Origin: Pirellulales bacterium
GTDB taxonomy: Bacteria > Planctomycetota > Planctomycetia > Pirellulales > JAEUIK01
Direction: 5' to 3'
Length of the DNA: 64,000 bases
Assembly: GCA_019745975.1 (NCBI GenBank)
Contig: JAIESQ010000013.1
Location: forward strand, 86,780 to 150,779
The notes under the pieces are model-generated. The model worked only from the letters and a program-made list of their open reading frames with translations. It did no database searches and was not told the DNA's origin. Each line of letters starts with the position of its first letter. The first letter of the stretch is position 1. Below are positions 26,441 through 34,725 of the stretch, piece by piece. Made by a program: the position numbers and the translations under genes.

Positions 26441-27817
26441 TTAGAACAGCTCTTCGATCGCGTGCTTGCCGAAGTCGACAATCGGGAAGGGGCGCGATTG
26501 CGGGCCGGGGAGCTTTGTTTCCAGATCGAGCCCTAGGCTGCGGAAGACCGTGGCCACGACTTCGCCCGAGTCGACCGGGCGTTCGGCCGGCACGCCGCCG
26601 ATGGGGTCGCTGCGTCCGACGACGCGGCCACCTTGCACGCCGCCGCCAGCGAACATGCTCGTCCAGCATTGTGGCCAGTGGTCGCGACCGCCCGCCGGGT
26701 TCACCTTGGGGGTGCGGCCAAATTCGGCCAATGAGCAGACGAGCGTATCGGCCAACAGCCCGCGATCGTGCAAGTCTTCCAACAGCGCGCTGTACGCCTG
26801 GTCGTACATGGGGGCGACGATATCGCGCATGCCTTCGATCGATGTGAACGGCTTCGAGCCGTGGATGTCCCAGGTGATCTCGTCGAACACGGTAAGAAAC
26901 GTGTTGACGGTGACGAAGCGCACGCCCGCCTCGACCAGGCGACGCGCGAGCAGACAGCACTGGCCGAACCGCGTCTGGCCGTAGCGCTCGCGCACGGGGG
27001 GCGGCTCCTTCGAAAGGTCGAACGCTTCGCGCGCCTGGGGGCTCGTCATCAGGCGGAAGGCCGCTTCGAAATTGCTATCCAATAGCGCTGCGTTATCGCT
27101 GGCTTCGAAGTCGCGCACCGTTTCGTCGACAATCGCCCGCAAGCGGCGGCGCCGCGCCAAGCGCGCTTCGCCGATCTCGGCCGGCGGCAACAGGTCGGGC
27201 ACTTTGAAGTTGTCTTGCGACGGATCGGCCATCAGCACGAACGGATCGTACGCCTTGCCCAAAAAGCCGGCGTCCTGCCCGTGGGGCAAATTGCCGCCGG
27301 TGCGTCCCATGGGCTCGGGCAAGAGAACGTGGGCCGGCAAGTCGGTGCGGCGGCCGAGCAAGTAGTTGGCCACGCAGCCGGCGTGCGGCGTGTTGATACC
27401 GCCGGTGAACAACCGGCCGGTTTGCATCATTTGATGGCCAGTGTCGTGCACCGCCGCGGCGGTGTGATAGCAACTGCGCACCAGCGAGAACTTGTCGGCG
27501 TGCCGGGCCATCCTCGGAAAGATCTCGGAAATCTGAATGTCGCCGCTGGCGGTCGAAATCGGCTGGAACGGGCCGCGAATTTCGGCCGGGGCCTCGGGCT
27601 TCATGTCCCAGGTGTCAAGCTGGCTGGGGGCGCCGAGGTTGAAGATCATGATCACGCTGCGGCTATCGGCCTTGGGATCGACGGCGCCGCGTGCCTGGGC
27701 AGCCAGCAGGTGTGGCAGCGACAGCCCGATGGCCCCCAGCGTGCCGGCTTGCAAAAAATCGCGCCGCGACAGCCCGTCGCAGGTGCGCACCCGGGCGTTG
27801 CTCGTAAGCGTCAGCAT
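26441..27817 (-). CDS. DUF1501-domain (sulfatase-fold) protein
   Basis: The TAT-like N-terminus is SRRDFLQAGTLGAIGLSL, and the conserved body includes IMIFNLGAPSQLDTWDMKP and DHWP. The start is ATG 27817 inside the longer track ORF. Confidence 0.85.
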   Translation of the reverse strand: MLTLTSNARVRTCDGLSRRDFLQAGTLGAIGLSLPHLLAAQARGAVDPKADSRSVIMIFNLGAPSQLDTWDMKPEAPAEIRGPFQPISTASGDIQISEIFPRMARHADKFSLVRSCYHTAAAVHDTGHQMMQTGRLFTGGINTPHAGCVANYLLGRRTDLPAHVLLPEPMGRTGGNLPHGQDAGFLGKAYDPFVLMADPSQDNFKVPDLLPPAEIGEARLARRRRLRAIVDETVRDFEASDNAALLDSNFEAAFRLMTSPQAREAFDLSKEPPPVRERYGQTRFGQCCLLARRLVEAGVRFVTVNTFLTVFDEITWDIHGSKPFTSIEGMRDIVAPMYDQAYSALLEDLHDRGLLADTLVCSLAEFGRTPKVNPAGGRDHWPQCWTSMFAGGGVQGGRVVGRSDPIGGVPAERPVDSGEVVATVFRSLGLDLETKLPGPQSRPFPIVDFGKHAIEELF

Positions 27818-27953
27818 GAAAACTCTCGCGCAAGTTGAGGCCGTCGCCGAATCGGCGAGTCCATGGCACCGCGTCTTGATGCTAACAACGTGCCCGCCTA
27901 CGATCAACCAAACTGCCCGTTTCCGCGGAAAATCGGAGATTCGAGCCTGGGTA

Positions 27954-28895
27954 TCACTGCACTTCAATGCGCAGCGACATGTCCGTTTCGACCTCTTGCA
28001 AGCGACGGTTGTAGGTCTCAACGATTGTCCTTAGGAGTTCGATAAACCGTGGCTGTTCTCCATCCGCCATTTCGATAATGTTGAGTGCTATGAAGTCCTC
28101 AATCGCCGCGATTGTAAATCGCACGTCAACGCCTTGATCTTCGGCGAGATGACGCGCCCTACCGACCTCGTTGCGCGGAACAAGTAACACGGGATATAGG
28201 CCGGCACCAAGATTGGCAGCACACTTACGAACTACATCGCTCCCCGGTGAAGCGGTAACGTGATAACACGTCGTACCGATCAAGAAATCGCCGCCGCGTC
28301 CCGTTTGCACATCCGCTGCGTGCCCTGCGAAATTAGGGACCGCAACATTGGGATGTCGATGCTCGAGCGTAGCACCGACAAGGTGTTGCTCGACTTTGCC
28401 ACCCGATCGTCCTCTTGCTTCTCCTAGGATCGATGCCACCCAGGCATCGGGGGCCATATGCGGGTCGCAACCGATCTTTAGGTGCTGCCGTCCAAGCCAC
28501 TCTCTGGCCAGCACGACGAGCTTCTCGATCGCTTGCTGCAGGAACGAATCCCGCTGATCGCCGTGCAGGTTGACTAGCCCACGCCCAAAATCGAGCGCCG
28601 CCAACAATCTTTGACCATCTTGATGAGCTTGTCGCGTCGTCACTTCCTTCAAGAACTTGTCCGCGGGAAGGCCGTAGGAACCCAAAGTCTCCGCAAGTCC
28701 GTATCGAGAACCCATGATTTCTCCGCCCGACGAAAGCACGTCCGCGGATTCGAGCGGGCACTTGTTCCGCAAGTGGTTCAAGATAACGATACCAACCGCG
28801 AGCGTGTTTCGAGAAATCTTGCGCTTGCGCGTGCAACTATCCAGCCACTCCGCCAGAGGCTTAAGAAGCGGGTTGCGGGGCGAGCGTCGCGTCAT
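27954..28895 (-). CDS. putative type II restriction endonuclease (resembles DUF4928-type proteins as far as I recall)
   Basis: Its start overlaps the stop of the upstream C5-methylase gene in an ATGA overlap (28892-28895), which is classical R-M operon geometry. The local GC is lower. The family assignment is from memory only. Confidence 0.45.
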   Translation of the reverse strand: MTRRSPRNPLLKPLAEWLDSCTRKRKISRNTLAVGIVILNHLRNKCPLESADVLSSGGEIMGSRYGLAETLGSYGLPADKFLKEVTTRQAHQDGQRLLAALDFGRGLVNLHGDQRDSFLQQAIEKLVVLAREWLGRQHLKIGCDPHMAPDAWVASILGEARGRSGGKVEQHLVGATLEHRHPNVAVPNFAGHAADVQTGRGGDFLIGTTCYHVTASPGSDVVRKCAANLGAGLYPVLLVPRNEVGRARHLAEDQGVDVRFTIAAIEDFIALNIIEMADGEQPRFIELLRTIVETYNRRLQEVETDMSLRIEVQ

Positions 28896-30469
28896 GCTTG
28901 GTGCTTGAGGACTCGACCACGAAGCATTTCGGTCAAAGCTGGATTCAAGTAGTTATCGATAATCCACTCGATCGCTGGCACGCATACGGCGTCGCCAAAC
29001 CCAAACAGCGCTTGGTTCAATGGTGCCGTGATCTTGTAGCTATCCGGTGTGCCTTGCAGTCGCGCGCATTCACGAGCTGTCATCAGCCGTACGCTAAACT
29101 TGCCACGGCCAGCTTTGAAGAGAATCTGCCGACCACTACCACCGCGAGGCGTTCGCAGGCACCCTGCGATCCCATCGGTTCGCAACTCAGCCATCGACCG
29201 CCCGTTTCGCACTCGACGAAATGCGGTCGCGTAGGTGTAGCGAGGCCCAGCAATCATCCGCTCTGCTGCAGCGGTATGACGCTCGCTAAGTTGTCCAAAG
29301 AAATAAGCCGCCCGGTCTTCATTCCACCATGCTGGGTCACTCGCCGGCAATTCTTCCACGATATCTGCAAGAGTTTGCGAACAACAGGGCGGCGCTGGCA
29401 GTCGACGAATATCCCACTCGATGTTGGGATGGCACGTGATGTAATTCGACAGTACGGGAGGACGAACCGCGCATGGAGGGACGATGCCGCTAGGGTCGTT
29501 AAGACGCGTGCGCTTCGCGACGATGAAAAGACGCGGCCTGCTCTGCGGCGTGAACGACGACGCATTCAGAATAAACGCGTCACAGCAATATCCGACCTCA
29601 TTGAGTGCAGTCATTGCGGTCTCAAAATCGCGACCGTCGTGCGACATCAAGAAGCCGACAACGTTCTCAAGCAAAACTAGGGGTGGCGCCTTTTCGCCAA
29701 GTTCGCGTAAGATGCGGACGAAACCCCAAAAGGCCCCTGATCGCGTACCGTTCAGGCCCTTCATCGCACCCGCAATCGAAAGGTCATTGCATGGGAACGA
29801 CGCGGTATAGATCGCGCACTCAGGCAAGCCATTAGACGCGACACTGTGAATGTCTTCGGTCGACAGATCCGTCGCACCAAAGTTAGCGCGGTACATTGCC
29901 GCCTTCTGTTCGTCAAAGTCATTAGCATATACGACTGGCCATCCGCGACTCTCAAACGCCAATCTCACCAAGCCAATCCCGGCGAAAAACTCGCCAACTT
30001 GGCGGCTCGCTAGAACTGCACTGCTTGACGAGGTCTTACGGTTTTCCAATGCAGCGACGGTCATGCTGACGCACCCCTCAAGGTTCTTCGCTACATCGGT
30101 CGCCCACAGACGCAGCACTGACCAACCCCGGCCTAGAATCTCATGTGTCGTTCGAAAATCACGCTCGATGTTGCGGCGAATCTTCGCGCGCCAGTACGCA
30201 GCGTTTGTGGCGGTTTGGAACTGCTCGTCAACCTGCGCTAGCCTCCGAGTGCGCCACTGATGTCCATGCCAGAAATCGCCATCGATGAATACTGCAAGGC
30301 GTTGCCTCGGGAAAACCAAGTCGGGTCGACCGGGCAACCGCGGATCGTGAATTCGAAAGCGGAACCCGAGCCTCCAGACTGCACGGCGAAAGGAAAGTTC
30401 CGGCTGCGTGTCCACAGAGCGCACGCGGGCCATTCGCTCGCTGCGTTCACTAGGTGTTAATACGTCCAT
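28892..30469 (-). CDS. fusion of Vsr (very-short-patch repair endonuclease) and DNA cytosine-5 methyltransferase
   Basis: The N-terminal ~140 aa are Vsr-like (RSERMARVRSVDTQPE...LPGRPDLVF...FIDGDFWHGH...WSVLRLW). The remainder has C5-MTase motifs FFAGIG (I), SFPCNDLS (IV), LENV (VI), QSRPRLF (VIII) and GDAVCVP (X). Confidence 0.85.
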   Translation of the reverse strand: MDVLTPSERSERMARVRSVDTQPELSFRRAVWRLGFRFRIHDPRLPGRPDLVFPRQRLAVFIDGDFWHGHQWRTRRLAQVDEQFQTATNAAYWRAKIRRNIERDFRTTHEILGRGWSVLRLWATDVAKNLEGCVSMTVAALENRKTSSSSAVLASRQVGEFFAGIGLVRLAFESRGWPVVYANDFDEQKAAMYRANFGATDLSTEDIHSVASNGLPECAIYTASFPCNDLSIAGAMKGLNGTRSGAFWGFVRILRELGEKAPPLVLLENVVGFLMSHDGRDFETAMTALNEVGYCCDAFILNASSFTPQSRPRLFIVAKRTRLNDPSGIVPPCAVRPPVLSNYITCHPNIEWDIRRLPAPPCCSQTLADIVEELPASDPAWWNEDRAAYFFGQLSERHTAAAERMIAGPRYTYATAFRRVRNGRSMAELRTDGIAGCLRTPRGGSGRQILFKAGRGKFSVRLMTARECARLQGTPDSYKITAPLNQALFGFGDAVCVPAIEWIIDNYLNPALTEMLRGRVLKHQA

Positions 30470-30555
30470 GCTGTACGGATGTGCATTCTAGCGACTGATG
30501 GTACAACGTCAACTTTTTGTATGCCGCTGAAATTCGCAGGCGAGGCAAGCGCAAT

Positions 30556-31500
30556 ATGGCTGGGAAAACGCATAGCAGCTACGAAGCAATCGCGTCGTCT
30601 GCCCTGCCACCGCAGGCCGAGAATCGAGAGGTCCCACGCAAGAAGGCAATCGCATCCGATTGGCGGATCATATGCGATGATGTCGCGATTGGCCTAGGGG
30701 CCATCGACAACGCAACGGTTGATCTTACGATCACGTCGCCGCCGTATTATCGACATCGCGATTACGGCGTCGAAGGCCAGATCGGAGCAGAGCCGCACAT
30801 CAGAGCCTACGTTGACCAGTTTCGGCGTGTGTTCTCGGAGCTGCTACGAGTCACGACTCCTGTCGGAACCTGCTTCGTCGTGATTGGAGACACTTATCGA
30901 CATCAGGAGCTATTGCTGATTCCGCATCGATTGGCGTTGCTTGCGGCGGAATGCGGTTGGATTGTCAGGAATGACATAATCTGGAGCAAACTCGATCCAC
31001 CACCGGAAAGCCCTCGCAACCGATGGCGTACCGGGCACGAGCATATTCTGTTTCTTACCAAGAACCGGTCGAGGTACAAATTCAACGCCGACTCTATTCG
31101 GGTTCCATATGCTCAAGCGACAATCAAACGCTGGGGGAATGGCCAAGTTTACGGCGGCCAGAAGAGTAGCCAACGGCAGCTTCCGAAGGATTCTCGAATG
31201 CGCCATGGCAAGTCGTTCCGACTTAACCCGAATGGGTGCATTCCCACCGACGTTTGGACGCTTCCGGCGGGCGATTCCTCCGTACGCCACTACGCCACCT
31301 TTCCTGAGCGATTGATCCAACCCATTGTCGAAGTGTGCAGCGAGCCAGGAGACCTGGTGCTAGATCCGTTTGCGGGAAGCGGCACCACGTGCCGAGTAGC
31401 GATCCTTATGGGCCGGAGAACAATCGGCATTGAGTTGAATCCAGAATATGCCGAGTTGGCAAGGAAACAGTTGAAAGAGCTGAGTACGAGGACAGACTAG
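30556..31500 (+). CDS. beta-class amino-methyltransferase (SPPY motif, probably N4-cytosine)
   Basis: Motif IV DLTITSPPYY precedes motif I LDPFAGSGTT, which is the beta-class order. SPPY rather than DPPY/NPPY favours m4C. Confidence 0.8.
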   Translation: MAGKTHSSYEAIASSALPPQAENREVPRKKAIASDWRIICDDVAIGLGAIDNATVDLTITSPPYYRHRDYGVEGQIGAEPHIRAYVDQFRRVFSELLRVTTPVGTCFVVIGDTYRHQELLLIPHRLALLAAECGWIVRNDIIWSKLDPPPESPRNRWRTGHEHILFLTKNRSRYKFNADSIRVPYAQATIKRWGNGQVYGGQKSSQRQLPKDSRMRHGKSFRLNPNGCIPTDVWTLPAGDSSVRHYATFPERLIQPIVEVCSEPGDLVLDPFAGSGTTCRVAILMGRRTIGIELNPEYAELARKQLKELSTRTD

Positions 31501-31560
31501 CCAAAGATACTCAAGCGCGATTGCAAATGGTGGAATCCATTCCACTAGCCGATTCAAGAC

Positions 31561-32736
31561 TTGGCACCAAAGGGCACTTACTCCATGCTCACCCTCGAAG
31601 GATGCCGGCAGCGACGCCAGCGGCTCTGGGACCGGGTCGACGGCAAGGTCGATTGGATTGTCATCGCCGATCCCCAGCACCTCGTTTACCTGGCCAATTA
31701 CTACCAGTCGCCATTTATTTTTCGCAGCACCAATGGTGCCGCGATTCTCGTGCTCGGCCGCGATGGCTCGGCGACTCTCGTTTGCGATAACCAATTGAAG
31801 GTCTACGCCGACGAAGCGTTCGTCGACACGATCGTTGCCCCCACCTGGTACAACGGTCAGACGAGCGCGCCTTCGCGCCGCGAGAAACTCGTGGCCAGCG
31901 CGCTTGAACATCTCAAGAGCTGCCCGGGAGACGTAATCGGCGTGGAAGCCGCGGCCGTGCCAACAGGCCTCGTCGAAGGGCTGCGCGCCGCGCGGTCGAA
32001 GCTGCATTTGCAGGCCGTCGATCAGATTCTGTTTGATCTGAAGCGGGCGAAGGACCCCGACGAATTGGCCGTGCTGCGCCGGGCGATGGCCGCGGTCGAC
32101 GCCGCCGAGCTGGCGGCGTTGCGCGGCGTCAAGCCGGGCATGACCGAACACGATTTCTTCCGGCTGGTGCAGGCGGCTTCGTGCGAAGCGGCCGGCGAGG
32201 CGGTGCAGATCTATGGCGACTTTGTCTCGGGTCCGCGCTGCGAAAAGGTGGGTGGGCCGCCGAGCGATCGCGTGATCGAGCGCGGCGACCTGGTGATTCT
32301 CGACACGTCGGTGATCGTGCGCGGCTATCGCGGCGACGTCTGCAATACGTTTGTCTGCGGCGCGACGCCGACCGCCGAGCAACGCCGCTTGTTCGAAGCC
32401 TGTCAGGAAGCGCTGGCCGCCGGCGTTGAGCAAGTGCGCGCCGGCCGCGCCGCCCGCGATATCGACGCGGCCGTGCGGTCGAGTTTCGCCGGCAAGCACC
32501 TGGCCGAGAATTTTCGTTCGCACTCGGGACACGGGATCGGCCTGGGACATCCCGATCCGCCGTATCTTGTGCCCGAGAGCACCGACACGCTGGTGGCCGG
32601 CGACGTGATCGCCATCGAACCGGGGCAATACATCACCGGCGTCGCCGGCATGCGTTACGAGCGCAACTACCTGGTGACCGACACCGGCTGCGAAGTGCTC
32701 ACGCACTTGCCGCACCAGCTCGATCAGGAGGCGTGA
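31561..32736 (+). CDS. M24-family metallopeptidase (Xaa-Pro peptidase/creatinase-like)
   Basis: Metal-ligand regions are DLVILDTSVIVRGYRGDVCNTF, HSGHGIGL and IAIEPG...YERN. ATG 31585 is an alternative start. Confidence 0.85.
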   Translation: MAPKGTYSMLTLEGCRQRRQRLWDRVDGKVDWIVIADPQHLVYLANYYQSPFIFRSTNGAAILVLGRDGSATLVCDNQLKVYADEAFVDTIVAPTWYNGQTSAPSRREKLVASALEHLKSCPGDVIGVEAAAVPTGLVEGLRAARSKLHLQAVDQILFDLKRAKDPDELAVLRRAMAAVDAAELAALRGVKPGMTEHDFFRLVQAASCEAAGEAVQIYGDFVSGPRCEKVGGPPSDRVIERGDLVILDTSVIVRGYRGDVCNTFVCGATPTAEQRRLFEACQEALAAGVEQVRAGRAARDIDAAVRSSFAGKHLAENFRSHSGHGIGLGHPDPPYLVPESTDTLVAGDVIAIEPGQYITGVAGMRYERNYLVTDTGCEVLTHLPHQLDQEA

Positions 32737-32742
32737 CAGGAG

Positions 32743-32879
32743 CTAGAAGCAGTTTCAAAACCGGCGATGAACCGACGTCGGGTGCCACTGCTAGAAGCGT
32801 CTAGCAGTGCTGTGTCGAACCTGGCACTGCTGGGCAAGCCAGCAGTCGCACCCAAATCAGGTTTTGAAACTGATTCTAG
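32743..32879. repeat. 137-bp REPIN-like composite element (family 1), copy 1
   Basis: Terminal inverted repeats CTAGAAGCAGTTTCAAAACC and GGTTTTGAAACTGATTCTAG enclose two inverted REP hairpins (CACTGCTAGA-AGCG-TCTAGCAGTG and CACTGCTGG-GCAAG-CCAGCAGTC). The element exactly fills the gap between two convergent stop codons. Confidence 0.85.
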
Positions 32880-34681
32880 GGATTCCAACCCTGGGTAACC
32901 CACAGCTCGAAATTCTCAAGCTGGCTGATCGGTTCGCGGCGGTCGAGCGGCACGTGGGAATACGTTTGAAGATGTGCGAGCAAGAAGACTTTGACTTGCA
33001 GCATCCACGTTTCAAGGTAGGGGCGCGGGCGCCAACCCGTTTTGGGATGCGGCGCGGGGTCGATTCGTGGCGCTAAGCTCCCGGGCGGGATAGACCGCCA
33101 GCCTCCCCCGACCAGCCAGACACGATGGCCGGATCGCAGCGCCGCTTCGATCTGGGCCACGAGCGGCGCCAGCGGCTCGCGCTCGGTCATGCGCTGCTTC
33201 AGCAAATCAAATCGGTGCAGCGCTGTAGTCTCCAAAGAGGGCAATGTCGTCCACGCCGCGGCGCCGTGGTAGTAACGGTGGAACGTCACGCCGGCATACC
33301 AAGGGCTGACGATGACCAGGTCGCCCGGCTCGGCGCGTTCGTTCAGCCGCGCGGCGATCTGGTCGAGATTGGATTGTCGCTGGTCGAGGATGTCGAAATC
33401 GGCCGACAGGCCCAGCACCAGTCCAAGTGCCAACAGGGCGATGCGCCACGCGCCGGCATTGCGCAATCCGGCCAGGGCGGCGTCGAGGGCCGCGGCCAAT
33501 AGCGCGATGGTCGGCAAATAGTGCCAGGCGCGCGCCGGCACGCGCATCCACCAGAAAAACAGGAGCATCCCCGGCACCGCCAGCGCGACGACCAAGACCG
33601 CGAACGCTGAGATTTCACTTGCAGGATGGCGCTCGCGGCTAGCTGCAGGGACCTCCGGGAGCGCGTCCCTTCGAACACGCTGTGTTCGCATCGCATGGCA
33701 GCCGCGCCAGGCGACGATCGATGCGGCAGCGCAGCAACCGCCCCAGAGCCAGGCAAATGCCGATGTCGGCTCGGCGAGCGCATCAAGGAGGCGTTGCCAG
33801 ACGTAACTGAAACTCACGTCCTCTAAGGTTAAGGCCGACCACTCGCTCGCCGCCCTCACCTGGCCAGCGTACGGCAGCAACGAGGTCGCCGCGGCCAATC
33901 CCAGCGCGATAGCGATCGCGGCCAGCTTCCAGCGGCCGGATGCCAAGGCGACGAGTGTCGCGGCGGTCACAAGTGCGGCAACCAGGACTGTGCTGGAATA
34001 AACGGTCTGCACGCTGGCGATTAGTGAGAGGGCCGCCAGCATCGCGCGTGGCCATGTCGGCCGCTCGAGCAGCTTGGCAACCAGGCCAAAGGAAAGCACC
34101 ACCCACAGCACACCTAAGCCATAGGGGCGAACCGCATCGCCGTAGCGGATCGAGATCGGGCTCATGCCCCAGAGCGCCAGCGCGACCGTAGGCCCAGTGC
34201 GATACAAAGCGAGCGTACAACCGGCCATTGCCGCCAAAATGGCGATTCCCACCAGGAAACCGAACTTGCGCAACGATGCATCGCTGTCGCCGAAGACGCG
34301 CGACCAGGCGCGGAAGGCCGCGGTGGCCAGCGGCGGAAAACTGTCGTTAGGCATTGCCTGCCAGACGTCGCTCCACGCCGGCAGTGTCGCCAGCGCGGCG
34401 GTTTGGGCTTCGTCGCGCCAGAGCGGTCCGGCATGACGGTAGTTGCGGAGGTGTAACCCTAGTATCAGCAGCATGGCCGCGAGCGCCGCGATCCATTCGG
34501 CCGCCCGAGCGAGCCGCGCGGCGTCAAACGCGATGCTGCCGCGCGACGACGCCGGGAGCGGCGTTGCGCTGGTCGTCGGTTTTCTTGGACTGTCGATCAT
34601 GGGCCGATTGTGCAGGTCGATTGCAAAGAGAGTACCATGACGCCTGCCGGTGACCGCCGCCCAAATGGCAGTTTCGCTCAA
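32876..34681 (-). CDS. polytopic membrane protein, GT-C (ArnT/PMT-like) glycosyltransferase candidate
   Basis: This 601-aa protein has many TM segments followed by a C-terminal soluble domain. Its overall architecture resembles GT39/GT83 enzymes, but I saw no diagnostic motif. Confidence 0.45.
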   Translation of the reverse strand: MSETAIWAAVTGRRHGTLFAIDLHNRPMIDSPRKPTTSATPLPASSRGSIAFDAARLARAAEWIAALAAMLLILGLHLRNYRHAGPLWRDEAQTAALATLPAWSDVWQAMPNDSFPPLATAAFRAWSRVFGDSDASLRKFGFLVGIAILAAMAGCTLALYRTGPTVALALWGMSPISIRYGDAVRPYGLGVLWVVLSFGLVAKLLERPTWPRAMLAALSLIASVQTVYSSTVLVAALVTAATLVALASGRWKLAAIAIALGLAAATSLLPYAGQVRAASEWSALTLEDVSFSYVWQRLLDALAEPTSAFAWLWGGCCAAASIVAWRGCHAMRTQRVRRDALPEVPAASRERHPASEISAFAVLVVALAVPGMLLFFWWMRVPARAWHYLPTIALLAAALDAALAGLRNAGAWRIALLALGLVLGLSADFDILDQRQSNLDQIAARLNERAEPGDLVIVSPWYAGVTFHRYYHGAAAWTTLPSLETTALHRFDLLKQRMTEREPLAPLVAQIEAALRSGHRVWLVGGGWRSIPPGSLAPRIDPAPHPKTGWRPRPYLETWMLQVKVFLLAHLQTYSHVPLDRREPISQLENFELWVTQGWNP

Positions 34682-34725
34682 AGCGTCCCCGCAAGAATCA
34701 ACGCACGCCCGTAGGAGCCTTAGTC

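Noticed and set aside
27938-31564. Possible flanking direct repeat of the R-M island (GATTCGAGCCTGG at 27938-27950 vs GATTCAAGACTTGG at 31551-31564)
   Set aside because: The repeat is short and imperfect with an indel, so I cannot separate it from chance.
31360-32715. 451-aa minus-strand ORF
   Set aside because: It is antisense to the well-supported M24 peptidase gene.
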